Source: Patescibacteria group bacterium
Lineage (GTDB): Bacteria > Patescibacteriota > Patescibacteriia > UBA9570
Length of the DNA stretch: 64,000 bases
Direction: 5' to 3'
Assembly: GCA_041665365.1 (NCBI GenBank)
Contig: JBAYIY010000003.1
Location: forward strand, 68,260-132,259
Below are positions 41,901-49,904 of this stretch, piece after piece. A model generated the notes under the pieces. That model did not search any database. It saw nothing but the letters and a program-made list of their open reading frames with translations, and was not told the DNA's origin. Numbering within the stretch: position 1 is the stretch's first letter; the number at the start of each line of letters is the position of its first letter. The translations under genes and the position numbers were made by a program.

Positions 41901-44178
41901 TTTCCGCATTGATCTGAGCGATGTCCTGCCAGGCTGACCCATCCCAGCGTGCGCCATACACACCAAGATTGGTCCCTTCCCGCCAGCCGCACAAAATATT
42001 ATCTGTCCCAGGATCTGATTCGCACTCCACCCAGCGCGCAACATCATTACCTTGGTCGACACCGGAATAGTCAATTGAAGATTCACCAGACCAACTAGCG
42101 CCATCCCAAGTTTGATATTTAAGTGCCCCGTCACCTGTGGAACTATTTTCGTAAACTACAATGGCATCACCCGTATCACTTTCATAAGCAATATCAAAGC
42201 CGCGGTAAACATCATTCGTGGTGCCAATACCAGTTTCAAAATCTCCGTTGGTCGGTGCGTTAGTGCCATTAATCCACGCCGAAGTCGGACCATTATAGAT
42301 CTGGACATCTAAATGACCAGAGGCATTCAGCCGCCCCATCGTATATTCATTTCGATTTGGTGCTGATTCAATAATAGTGTGATTCGTATCATCACTCGCG
42401 GTTTCGTCGTCTTGTAGTTGACTTTCAGCGCTTAAATCCGTTGTGCTCCAGGTGCGATAGTGAGGAGTGGTATTATTGGCACCATCTTCGTCATACACTA
42501 ATATGCCTGTACCATCAGGCGTATCCGATGCAATTTGCCATGCTCTATCCTCTTCCCACACAGTGTTGTCTGTGACTAACAATACTAATGGGCCAAGTAA
42601 ATAGAGTTCTGGACTGATGTCAGGGGCGTCAAAGGTATAGCTTAGCTCGTAGGTTTCACCTGCTGTCCAATTCACATCCCAGGTGATGGTTCCACGACTC
42701 ATGGCACCGTCACCTTGATTAGAGATGACAAAATCCTCTGGAAAAGATTCCTGGACGGTACCGACAAAATTCGCTCTGGGTGTTACGCTAAACTCCATAG
42801 TGTAGGGTGCCATTGGCCAAATTCTAGTTGGACCAACTCGTTCAACTTCAAACTCTGGAGCCTTTTCGACATCATAATAATCACTAATCTCGTATTCGCC
42901 ATTGGCGGTGGTGGCCGTTAATTGCAGTTCAAACCGCCCAGTTTCGGAACCGTTATCAAAATAGGTATAATAATCTGGCAGTTCTACCACCGTGTCGCCG
43001 GCACATTCACTGCTGTAGGTAATACTGCCATCATTGGTAGATAGAGTGGTAGCTGTTCCAAGCGGAGAAGTGATAATTAAGTCCAGTTCGGCATCACATA
43101 ATGTGTGACCAGTTTCGTCCAACACTCCCATTTGAATAAAGGCTTGATCATCGGGGGCGAAGGTTCCTTGATTAACGTTGATGGTTAATACTCCCCAACT
43201 AAAGTCACGGGTGATAGTGGTTGTTTTTCCATTTTCATCGACAGTGATTGAAAAAGTATATTTTCCTGGTTTAGTAAAGTTATTTGTTCTGAGTTTATAC
43301 TCGGCATTTGAGTAACCATCCTTGGTTGTATTCTGTAAGTCATATTCAGGAGTTATAGTCTGACCATCCGGATCAATCAGTTCAATTTGTTCAACTGTGC
43401 GTTGCTCAGTAGTAAAACCTAGTTTTCCCCAAAAATCCTCATCTTTAATACCCGCTACAGTAACACTAGGTGTTTGGCCTTGTTCAAAATCGGGAGCGGG
43501 TAGTGTGATTGCTTCGTCAAGTGATGGTTTTTCAGGACGTTGAAACTCTAACTGTACTGCCACACCATCCAGCAACGCTTGTGTGGATTGGTCTGTGGGC
43601 ACCGCATCATATGCAACTTTGATTTTTAGTTGAGACAACGTGGTTTGAATATTATTTGCATCTAGGGTTAAGGGATATGTCCAATACCCACCATGTTTCG
43701 CATTATCATTATCCTCAACGAAGGCGAAAGAATCCAATGGTAGCCAAGTGTTGTCAGTTGTTTGGACAAATAATGAGACAACGTCTTCATTGTCCGTATA
43801 TCCATCAAGCGCGAGAGAAAAAATAACCTCAACTTTATCCAGTGTTTGTCCATCAGGAATGTTACTAGGCCAAACAAAGTCAGAACACACAATACTTGGA
43901 TTGGCTGTAGTTATCTGTTCCGCTGGTTGATTATAAAAGACAGCCGAGTTTTGTTCAGAAAATTGTTTTTTTCCGTCACTGCCTAATAAATCAATCGTGG
44001 TAGCCTGAGCCGCATGTTCCCAACCGACGCAATTAGTCGGTTGAACAGTTAAGGTTAGGCTGTTATTTTTCTCGGCCTTAACTGAAGGTATTGTTTTCCA
44101 ACCAATCAACAAGATAATAAAAAAGATCACTAAACTAAAGGTGCTAGGTAAGTTACGTTGATGTCTAAGTGCAGCCAT
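35902..44178 (-). CDS. Giant (~2,758 aa) secreted surface protein or adhesin
   Basis: Probable start at the ATG at 44178 (MAALRH), immediately after the upstream stop. Signal/TM segment, Ig-like domains, a Trp/Asp-rich propeller-like region, Thr/Gly-rich beta-helix-like repeats, and a C-terminal 161-aa domain shared with 45616..46677. Confidence 0.85.
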   Translation of the reverse strand: MAALRHQRNLPSTFSLVIFFIILLIGWKTIPSVKAEKNNSLTLTVQPTNCVGWEHAAQATTIDLLGSDGKKQFSEQNSAVFYNQPAEQITTANPSIVCSDFVWPSNIPDGQTLDKVEVIFSLALDGYTDNEDVVSLFVQTTDNTWLPLDSFAFVEDNDNAKHGGYWTYPLTLDANNIQTTLSQLKIKVAYDAVPTDQSTQALLDGVAVQLEFQRPEKPSLDEAITLPAPDFEQGQTPSVTVAGIKDEDFWGKLGFTTEQRTVEQIELIDPDGQTITPEYDLQNTTKDGYSNAEYKLRTNNFTKPGKYTFSITVDENGKTTTITRDFSWGVLTINVNQGTFAPDDQAFIQMGVLDETGHTLCDAELDLIITSPLGTATTLSTNDGSITYSSECAGDTVVELPDYYTYFDNGSETGRFELQLTATTANGEYEISDYYDVEKAPEFEVERVGPTRIWPMAPYTMEFSVTPRANFVGTVQESFPEDFVISNQGDGAMSRGTITWDVNWTAGETYELSYTFDAPDISPELYLLGPLVLLVTDNTVWEEDRAWQIASDTPDGTGILVYDEDGANNTTPHYRTWSTTDLSAESQLQDDETASDDTNHTIIESAPNRNEYTMGRLNASGHLDVQIYNGPTSAWINGTNAPTNGDFETGIGTTNDVYRGFDIAYESDTGDAIVVYENSSTGDGALKYQTWDGASWSGESSIDYSGVDQGNDVARWVECESDPGTDNILCGWREGTNLGVYGARWDGSAWQDIAQINAENGLSTRQDFDVAWEGSSGEGMIVYGDVTAAPFIDASTYTVGSGWSDTTGMTDPGAAVQWLRIADSPNNDYIAVIVQDTASTNTADMNVDMWNGSDWTTITQPTTMDVDINSNGFAQGIDVEWEQGGGDRALFAWRDGTTSETALRWMVFDVSAGQFQTIDDASLCLLTEGGAGTTEQVTNLSAAEDSNGPCSGLGVWADVPSGIDLSPDPSSDKIMLNAEDLTLDLVPESQLWNGASTGTWLTQTATMGAWEADLSTGATLTTSLPTKPYDFAFRASNTANVNVLGTQTSSVTINTTGNSMGGAFSINESLATANITSIMITEYGTVDAQADLDNIKLYYEPDTSAPYNCSSESFAGTETQYGSTDTDGFSSADGTSTFTGSVAITPTSTMCVYVVLDITSGASAGETVELEITTPSTDVAVSTGGIGPAYDREISGATTLVAPTVTVSGTCDAFDQSTDCTDIGTIKVAVDGSVQAQEDTVIAGTWEVTGVTVTTGQIVTVWVDAAASMSDRSGAVAKYDGSGDMTNIPLFKEHLTIGSVDGQTITNGDVGVYDNSVAIGDDDVFWDVSVDNDLTVDAEAQSSQEELYIDDGDTFQPASAGGGDVTSTHIEIGDTATTGVGNWTANNNSITVSGDFIVAGSAAYTATTGGIITFNSTSAAQTFTTGAETYQDITLNNTGSAGATDDLNVDGNLDVNGTFTITDGDLDLAVLDPNVTTTGNVTIGASGLVTKADNGTATWTFDGGAANWSDASSGQDIGLVSINGAPSTVTLTGNARATKVDVTTGDTLALGSSGYTLTLTGSGQGASRPFIVSGTLNEGTNSTVDFIGNAATDIQLESYWNLSVRPSGAVTFHANGGGTFSVLGNLVVGDSATAGIFNLDTNDPTFDVNGNITISAAATLIASGTGTFNVGGNWDNNATFTHSSGTVIFDAADTDNTIECGTSSFSSVTFIGSDGSGTWTMQTDNCTAAGTINVDTSDILTITTVMLTHSGVTLTLNGTISGTGTLRILNTSSGPGAVGTLSSVVRYDASTASIANTTFDARTYGGAVELYANNGAAKSITAAAGNYIFSSTLTTAAGGAGEVTTDLSAATGTTAVASDLTIGATTVFSAPATLNLSGNYTNNGTFTDNSGTVSLVGGSQQTMAGTMTGTSDFNALTITNNSGIDPDASPSVIFSTAATTAGTFTATEANVKIRFNATSTYTLTNIMFDGLDISSRVFLRSSSTGSAWLLAATGTRSVSNTNVKDSNATLSGAVIDATNGTNYCDSGNTNWTCTAGVAITGFIRGTNESTVYDCNADPLTIHVSVNGGANADGSCSADTGAYTVTATTPAAGQPVVVFIDSGETPDGTTITLAADGSAISNLDIYRDRVVLTHESAGPITNANLITADNGDAGILYGMTGSNIAVDSGMELHIKDSKSYDPGGTVTTTSANMHVDDNATAYLDTATNTIAGDLLVDGGATLNIDADTAVTGGDITTAGTSAIVTKSAGTPTVTMTGTGSIGGGTTPTLNFYNLIIGTASSAATTLSNSTSVTNTLNVDTGDSLALSSGVVLTHSGATLILNGTISGAGKLTYQSPTNFPTTGTISAVLRFDSVNNSQAMGARTYGGAVEIYNSSGVARAVTAAAGTLNFSSTLDLSRSGAGTETLELNVSDPTTTIAGALTIGAGTTLSANSTNQLNINGNYTNSGTFTDNSSTVTLAGGSQQTLDGTMTGSSDFNNLTITNTSGTDPDVSPSVIFSASATTAGNFTATTASTKLRFLAGGTYTFQNVSFNGQTITTRVALRSSIAATDWNLNVVGTRSIYNTDVKDSDACGQAPNIDGTAVSNLNSTGNTCWNFESLTFAISDTTVGFGDLTTSNARFATGDLVGFDTTPTVAHTFTIFSSAASGYVITYLGTTLTNTDLDTISAATVTNDTDGSPNSEQFAFGITTNGDGSIVADYNATGGAPEYKFVAGATTPFFSELGTTTTETISAYYLANIASTTEPGTYTTDITYIMTGTF

Positions 44179-44179
44179 C

Positions 44180-45505
44180 TTATTTAGTATGTGTTTTGGT
44201 ATTTTTATGATTGTGCAGATGTACCGACCGTCTTTTATGAATGAACCCAAAGATCCAGAGATACACCAACACAATGATGAGTAGTATGAACAAAACAATC
44301 GCTAACCAATAATATGTAATAAAAATTATTCCAAGATAAAAGCCAACCCCTGGCCATTGTTCAACAATTGTTATAGTTGTTTTGGCGTCAGTAACATTTC
44401 CAGCTTTGTCTAAAGCCAAAACAGTAATGGTATGCTCACCATACGATTGTTCATCTAAGGTTATATTAGTCAGTTTGGCTGGTGTAATCTTGGCAAATAT
44501 TACTTGGCTATCAACTAGCACTGTATAAAAATCTATACCTGAAGTCTCATCTGCTGTGTAAAAATTAAAAGTTGGTCGACGATTTTTTGTAATAGAATCC
44601 GCATTTAAATTAATTGTAAATACTTTTGGAGGAGTATTATCTATCATTATCGTATAGTGGCGAGTTTCGCCCCAACTGGTGTCATTGCCTGATTTCACAT
44701 GAAAATACCAAATGCCATCCTGGCTGTTTGGCAACTCGGCAACGTTGTTGGTTCCTTCCACAGTATCATCTGGAACAGTATCCAGTTTATCATCATAGCT
44801 CCAACTAAAACGGGTCGCCCCAACAATTGGATCGAAACTAATTGTACCGTCATCATTGTTATACCACTGCTTTTGCTCAGATTGTATGCCATTAATAGTA
44901 ATTGGCATGGGTGATGGCAAGGTCTTCTCAGCTGTCGTTTTTTCCTCTTCTGTTAGTGTTTCTTCTGGCTTAATATATTTGGCCTTGTTTTCAACTGATA
45001 CTGGCGGTGGTAATGTTTGTGCTGCGATATTGTAAGTGGCTCCAGCAGCCCCGCCATATATATTCGTTCCTAACCCATCATTGGCCAAAATTTTTCCACC
45101 AACAACACTGAGTACAGCTGATCCATTAGCCCTGGCTTTAAAGGTGATACTAATAATAGTGCCATGCCCGCTATAACCAGGTGAGGCAACTCCACCGGAA
45201 AAGGAAATGGTGCTACTGGAATAAGATGGTTCTGACGTCCAGAGGGTAAAAATACCACCCTTACTAACACTAACAACTTCTAATTTGTCACCCGGATAAG
45301 TAACGGTAGCTTGAGCTGCATTTATTGCCACACCACCTGTATTGATAGCCACGGCAACAGTTTTGGTCTCGCCAATTTTCATGGTTCCCGTGGCAGGTGA
45401 TAATCCCAATGTGGCCATTGCCCAGGCGGATGAAGGAATTAACCAAACTAGTAACCCAACGATCAAGGTGAAAGTGAAAACAGTACTGTTTTTACTAAAC
45501 GTCAT
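44180..45505 (-). CDS. Cohesin-domain surface protein with C-terminal TM anchor
   Basis: Signal peptide; ATLGLSP...INAAQATVTYP.DKLEV...ISFSGG...ITFKA cohesin-like domain; Ig-like domains (IDNTPP, DETSGID.Y); C-terminal TM with a basic tail. Confidence 0.8.
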   Translation of the reverse strand: MTFSKNSTVFTFTLIVGLLVWLIPSSAWAMATLGLSPATGTMKIGETKTVAVAINTGGVAINAAQATVTYPGDKLEVVSVSKGGIFTLWTSEPSYSSSTISFSGGVASPGYSGHGTIISITFKARANGSAVLSVVGGKILANDGLGTNIYGGAAGATYNIAAQTLPPPVSVENKAKYIKPEETLTEEEKTTAEKTLPSPMPITINGIQSEQKQWYNNDDGTISFDPIVGATRFSWSYDDKLDTVPDDTVEGTNNVAELPNSQDGIWYFHVKSGNDTSWGETRHYTIMIDNTPPKVFTINLNADSITKNRRPTFNFYTADETSGIDFYTVLVDSQVIFAKITPAKLTNITLDEQSYGEHTITVLALDKAGNVTDAKTTITIVEQWPGVGFYLGIIFITYYWLAIVLFILLIIVLVYLWIFGFIHKRRSVHLHNHKNTKTHTK

Positions 45506-45559
45506 ATTAAGAGATACTAACAAAATTTTTTATGATTGGCTACAGGTTTATGTGAGGGG

Positions 45560-45588
45560 TTGATCTCGATTGTATTGTGTGCTATAAT
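45560..45588 (+). promoter_or_regulatory. Sigma70 promoter for the rightward surface-locus operon
   Basis: TTGATC-17 bp-TATAAT with an extended TG. Confidence 0.7.
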
Positions 45589-45615
45589 AATCCCATTATA
45601 ATAATAATAAAAATT

Positions 45616-46677
45616 ATGAAAAGAAGAATGCAAATATTTGGAAGTGTGATTGTTCTGGTGATGGTATTAGGCTTTTTATTGCCATTACGTCAGGTTCAAG
45701 CCGCTTCATTGACCAATACAAAAGACGTAATGAGTACTGAAACTGCTACAGCCAATGCAAACCACACCATCTCATTTATCTCACCGTCCGCCATTACAAA
45801 TGGATCAACCATTACATTGACATTCCCGGCCGGGTTCGATTTAACTGGTATTATTGAAGATGATATTGACATTGCTGGTTCAACGGAAGGGGAATTAACG
45901 ACCGCGGCTGACTGTACGGGTTCAGAAAAAGCCGGTATTGCTAGCCCTGGTGCCCAAGTTATTACTATTAATTTGTGTGCTGCTGACGGAGGAGATTTTA
46001 CTGGCTCAGAAACTGTTACAATTGAGATCGGTACGAACGCAGCCTCTTCTGGTACAGGAGCTAACCGAATTGATAACCCAGGAGTAGGTGCTTATAAGAT
46101 AGCCATTGGAGGCACTATGACAGACGCTGGGTCTTACGCTGTATCTATTATTGCCGATGATAGTGTTAATATCACGTCTACTGTTAATCCTACACTTACC
46201 TTTGCGATCAGTGATACCGCAATTGGTTTTGGCACATTGACCACGGCTAACGCCAGGTTTGCTACAGGGGATTTAGTTGGTGCTGATACTACTCCAACCA
46301 TTGCTCATACCTTTAGCATTGCTACTAATGCCACTACTGGTTACTCAATCACTTATAATGGAACCACACTGACCAATGCTGATGCTGACACAATTGATGT
46401 TGCCACTATTGCTAGTGATGATGACGGCACACCAAATTCGGAACAATTTGCTTTTGGTGTTACCACTAACGGAGATGGTACTATTGTCCCTGCTTATGAT
46501 GCCAATAGTTCAGCTGAATATAAGTTCATTGCTGGAGCAACTACTCCATTCTTTAGCGAGCTTGGTGCCACTGCTACTGAAACTATTAGTGCATACTACA
46601 TTGCCAATATTGCCGCCACCACTGAGGCCGGTACCTACACTACCGACATTACTTACATTGCAACAGGAACTTTTTAA
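45616..46677 (+). CDS. Secreted two-domain protein with a WxL- or pilin-like C-terminal domain
   Basis: Signal peptide (VQA/A). C-terminal TLTFAIS..IGFG.L....AGTYTTDITYIATGTF. No membrane anchor. Confidence 0.75.
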   Translation: MKRRMQIFGSVIVLVMVLGFLLPLRQVQAASLTNTKDVMSTETATANANHTISFISPSAITNGSTITLTFPAGFDLTGIIEDDIDIAGSTEGELTTAADCTGSEKAGIASPGAQVITINLCAADGGDFTGSETVTIEIGTNAASSGTGANRIDNPGVGAYKIAIGGTMTDAGSYAVSIIADDSVNITSTVNPTLTFAISDTAIGFGTLTTANARFATGDLVGADTTPTIAHTFSIATNATTGYSITYNGTTLTNADADTIDVATIASDDDGTPNSEQFAFGVTTNGDGTIVPAYDANSSAEYKFIAGATTPFFSELGATATETISAYYIANIAATTEAGTYTTDITYIATGTF

Positions 46678-46703
46678 AACTTTTTTCTTAGAAATTTGAA
46701 ACG

Positions 46704-47714
46704 ATGAAAAAATCATTGTTAAAGAGATACAATGTGATAATGATGGTCGTTTTAGTTGGGTTTGGCTTTTTATTCTGCACATCACCGGCTCAGGCACTCA
46801 CTATCATTCCACCCTCCATGGAAATCGATCTCACTCCAGGTGTACCTTATAATGATCAGATTAAACTGTTTAATGAAACAGACTATCCTGTTACACTTTA
46901 TACTGAAATAACGAACTTTACGGCATCCGATGACGGAACAAAACCACAGTATGAATTTGGATTGGAATTAACTGATGTCGCAACTTGGATCCAAGTTGAA
47001 CCAGGTCCCTTTGTGCTGCAACCAAAAGAACGAAGAAGTGTTCCGTTTATTATTAACCCACCAGCAGAGGCTGATCCAGGTGGGCATTATGCGATTATAT
47101 TTTTCTCTAATAACCCACCCCAAATCAAAGAACCAGGTAAGGTCAAAATTGGTTCTAAATTAGGTACACTCATCTTATCTAATGTAGCCGGAGACATTAC
47201 AGAGGCAGGCAGCATTGATAGTTTTTTAACCGTCGATAAGTCTGTTTATTTTAATTATTTGCCAGTGCAACTACAACTGACATTCAATAATACTGGTAAT
47301 GTACACATTCGGCCTTCTGGTACTATTACCATCCAAAATATTTTTGGAAAAACCGTTAAAACACTCGATATCAATACGGTTGGTTCAGCTACTTTGCCTA
47401 AGACTGCCAGAAGTTACCAAACGGTTTGGGAAAAAGCACCAGTTTTGCATACAACGAATAATTGGTTAGGACAATTTTGGGAGGAGTTAAAAAATGAAAA
47501 AGATAATTTTGCTTTTGGAAAATATACTGCCTCCGCTTCACTAGTGGCGGGACAAGATAATCAAATTACAAAACAAGCAGTGGTTAGTTTTTGGGTAATT
47601 CCCTGGAGGCTTCTGATAATATTTTGTGTTGGTGCTATAATTATTTTGTTAGGTTTAATTAGAATGATTAAAGGCTACAATCGTTGGATCATTCGACATG
47701 GACAGAGTAAATAA
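46704..47714 (+). CDS. DUF916/WxL-interacting-protein-like (chaperone-fold) membrane-anchored protein
   Basis: Signal peptide, ALTIIPP, W..V.P....L.P.E...VPF.I.PP..A.PGGHYA.I.F, F.NTGNVH.RP.G.I.I.N.FG, FGKYTA, C-terminal TM. Confidence 0.75.
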   Translation: MKKSLLKRYNVIMMVVLVGFGFLFCTSPAQALTIIPPSMEIDLTPGVPYNDQIKLFNETDYPVTLYTEITNFTASDDGTKPQYEFGLELTDVATWIQVEPGPFVLQPKERRSVPFIINPPAEADPGGHYAIIFFSNNPPQIKEPGKVKIGSKLGTLILSNVAGDITEAGSIDSFLTVDKSVYFNYLPVQLQLTFNNTGNVHIRPSGTITIQNIFGKTVKTLDINTVGSATLPKTARSYQTVWEKAPVLHTTNNWLGQFWEELKNEKDNFAFGKYTASASLVAGQDNQITKQAVVSFWVIPWRLLIIFCVGAIIILLGLIRMIKGYNRWIIRHGQSK

Positions 47715-48603
47715 ATTTTCATTTGCAGTGAAGGAAGTGACTAAACAACAAATTCGTTTTCTTCTGACTGTATTATGTGTTAGTTCAAGTTTTTTTATTT
47801 CGCAGCCACTTTTAACTCAGGCCATTGGTGTTAGTTTGACTGCTACAGTGACTGGATCCTCACCAGAAGAGCCAATTACAACCGTCATTATTGAGGGGTT
47901 TGCTTATCCAACAACTAATGTTTCTATCCGAGAAAATGGAAAAATAATAGCGATTACTCCAGCTGACTCCCAAGGATGGTTCACTGTGACCATTAACAAC
48001 ATTAATCCAGGTATTTATACTTTCTCTGTCCACGGGGAAGACATAAAAGGACGAAAAGGCCCAGATATAAATGTTACTGTGGCTATAAGCAAAGGAGTGA
48101 CCATTACCATCTCTGGTATTTATTTAGGGCCAACCATTGCAATTACTCGTAATAATATTTTTTTAGATGAAATAACTACAATACTTGGCACTAGTGTTTC
48201 AGATAGTCGCGTCAACATATTTATTAAGGCAGAAAATAATCAGCAGACAATTTTTAATAAACAGGCTAATCATAACGGGTTTTACTCAAAATCCATCTTA
48301 GGTAGTACTGTAGGCGAGGGTAGATACACAACTTATAGTCGTGTCGTTGCGTCAGACGGAACAATTTCTGATCCTAGTAAAACACTTGTCTTTACTGTTT
48401 CGAATGAAGCAAACACCTCAACTTGCGCCAACTCTTTAGATAGTGATATTAATTGTGATGGGGAAGTAGATTTGATAGATTTTAGCGTCTTGTTGTATTG
48501 GTGGAATCAGGCTAATCCGAGTAATGCCCGGGCCGATATCAATGGCAATGGGTTAGTTGATGTGGTGGATTTTAGTATCATGTTATATTATTGGACCGGA
48601 TGA
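47698..48603 (+). CDS. Secreted Ig-like protein with C-terminal dockerin (duplicated EF-hand-like) domain
   Basis: DINCDGEVDLIDFSVLLYWW and DINGNGLVDVVDFSIMLYYW: two DxNxDGxVDxxD Ca-binding repeats. Confidence 0.85.
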   Translation: MDRVNKFSFAVKEVTKQQIRFLLTVLCVSSSFFISQPLLTQAIGVSLTATVTGSSPEEPITTVIIEGFAYPTTNVSIRENGKIIAITPADSQGWFTVTINNINPGIYTFSVHGEDIKGRKGPDINVTVAISKGVTITISGIYLGPTIAITRNNIFLDEITTILGTSVSDSRVNIFIKAENNQQTIFNKQANHNGFYSKSILGSTVGEGRYTTYSRVVASDGTISDPSKTLVFTVSNEANTSTCANSLDSDINCDGEVDLIDFSVLLYWWNQANPSNARADINGNGLVDVVDFSIMLYYWTG

Positions 48604-48613
48604 ACTCATACCT

Positions 48614-49753
48614 ATGAAACGTTTTTTCGTGAATAGTTTTATTTATACTCTAAGTTGTAGCTTGTTACTTTTGTTAAATACTACGGCGGCCTCCGCAGCT
48701 AGCTTGTACTTTGAACCGAACACGGCTGTTTGGTCAGTAGGGTCAAACCAAATGATTAATCTTCATATTAGTAGTGATGGGGAGGTAGTGAACTTGGTGC
48801 AAGCGACTATTCAATATCCGCCAGATGTTGTGGAAGTTATTGCCGTGTATCACGGTGGATCATCGTTGACATTATGGCCAGAGGAACCAAGCATCAATGC
48901 TGCTGCTGGCAGCATCACTTTTGCAGCTGGTATACCGAATGGTAGTTTGATCGATACCGGGCAAGTATTAACTCTGGAAGTTCGTCCTAAACAGGCTGGT
49001 ACTGTGCAATTTAGCTTTAATCCAAATCAAACGGCTGTGTACTTGAATGATGGTCTGGCTACGCAGACTACTGTGTCATTCAAAGAGCCGGTTTACGATA
49101 TCATATCAGCCGCTCCTGTTAGTTTGATAGTGACTTCAGCAACGCATCCAGATGAAAATAAATGGTATCAACTTAATGAGTTTAGTGCACAGTGGGAGAA
49201 AAAACCCGATGCGTTATATAGCTTTCATGTCACATCTGATTTAGAACAACTACCTGATGACATTGCAGATGATACCCCACAAGTTGTGACCGGGGAATAT
49301 ACTATCTCCAATTTGTCTGATGGAGTGCATTATTTTATGATTAAAGAATGGTTATCCAATGAAGCTGGCTGGGCAGAACCAGTGATTCGAAAAATTATGG
49401 TGGACAGTACACCACCGACTTCATTTATCCCGCTCGTAAGTCAAACAGAACATGAATTTAACGGTCAGCCATTTCTTGTTTTCGATACCAGTGATTCCGT
49501 TTCTGGTATTGATCATTATGAAATAGTTAAAGGGGGAACAACCACTATTATAACGAAAGGACCTTACCAGTTGGAACAAAAAGATATTACGCAACCAATA
49601 CTGATTCGAGCAGTAGATGCAGCAAACAATAGTACGACCGTATATACTGGAGAGAACGCCACTAATATTAGGCGCAATTATTTTTGGCCAATAACGGCAT
49701 TGGTGGCATTTTTGGCGTTACTACTAGTATATTTGAAAACTCGATTATCCTAA
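48614..49753 (+). CDS. Second cohesin-domain surface protein with C-terminal TM anchor
   Basis: ASLYFEP...VNLVQATIQYP.DVVEV...LWPEEP....GSITFAAG; SATHPD..KWY; VDSTPP; DSVSGIDHYE; C-terminal TM. Paralog of 44180..45505. Confidence 0.8.
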   Translation: MKRFFVNSFIYTLSCSLLLLLNTTAASAASLYFEPNTAVWSVGSNQMINLHISSDGEVVNLVQATIQYPPDVVEVIAVYHGGSSLTLWPEEPSINAAAGSITFAAGIPNGSLIDTGQVLTLEVRPKQAGTVQFSFNPNQTAVYLNDGLATQTTVSFKEPVYDIISAAPVSLIVTSATHPDENKWYQLNEFSAQWEKKPDALYSFHVTSDLEQLPDDIADDTPQVVTGEYTISNLSDGVHYFMIKEWLSNEAGWAEPVIRKIMVDSTPPTSFIPLVSQTEHEFNGQPFLVFDTSDSVSGIDHYEIVKGGTTTIITKGPYQLEQKDITQPILIRAVDAANNSTTVYTGENATNIRRNYFWPITALVAFLALLLVYLKTRLS

Positions 49754-49904
49754 CTATTGTATTTGGGATTATTATAATTCACGGACAGTAACATCTTTTA
49801 GATAAGGTTTTGTACTAACTGTATAATTTCTCTAACTCTTCTTAAACAACTTTGATTTTTTCCAGTAGGTGACTTTATATCAATAAATCAGTATAATATG
49901 CCGT

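Noticed and set aside
36293-43930. Many plus-strand ORFs of up to 256 aa inside the giant gene
   Set aside because: They are antisense shadows of Thr/Gly/Ala-rich codons, Val/Pro-rich, with no recognisable motifs.
44179-44298. ORF-track N-terminal 40 aa of the giant protein
   Set aside because: This stretch overlaps the upstream cohesin gene. The ATG at 44178 directly follows that gene's stop and precedes a signal-like segment.
35902-46677. Duplicated C-terminal regions as a DGR template/variable repeat pair
   Set aside because: Both copies are in-frame coding ends. The differences inspected are mostly synonymous and not adenine-specific, and there is no reverse transcriptase in the window.
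44180-49753. A true cellulosome
   Set aside because: Each protein has a single cohesin-like domain, and no glycoside hydrolase-dockerin fusions are visible in the window.
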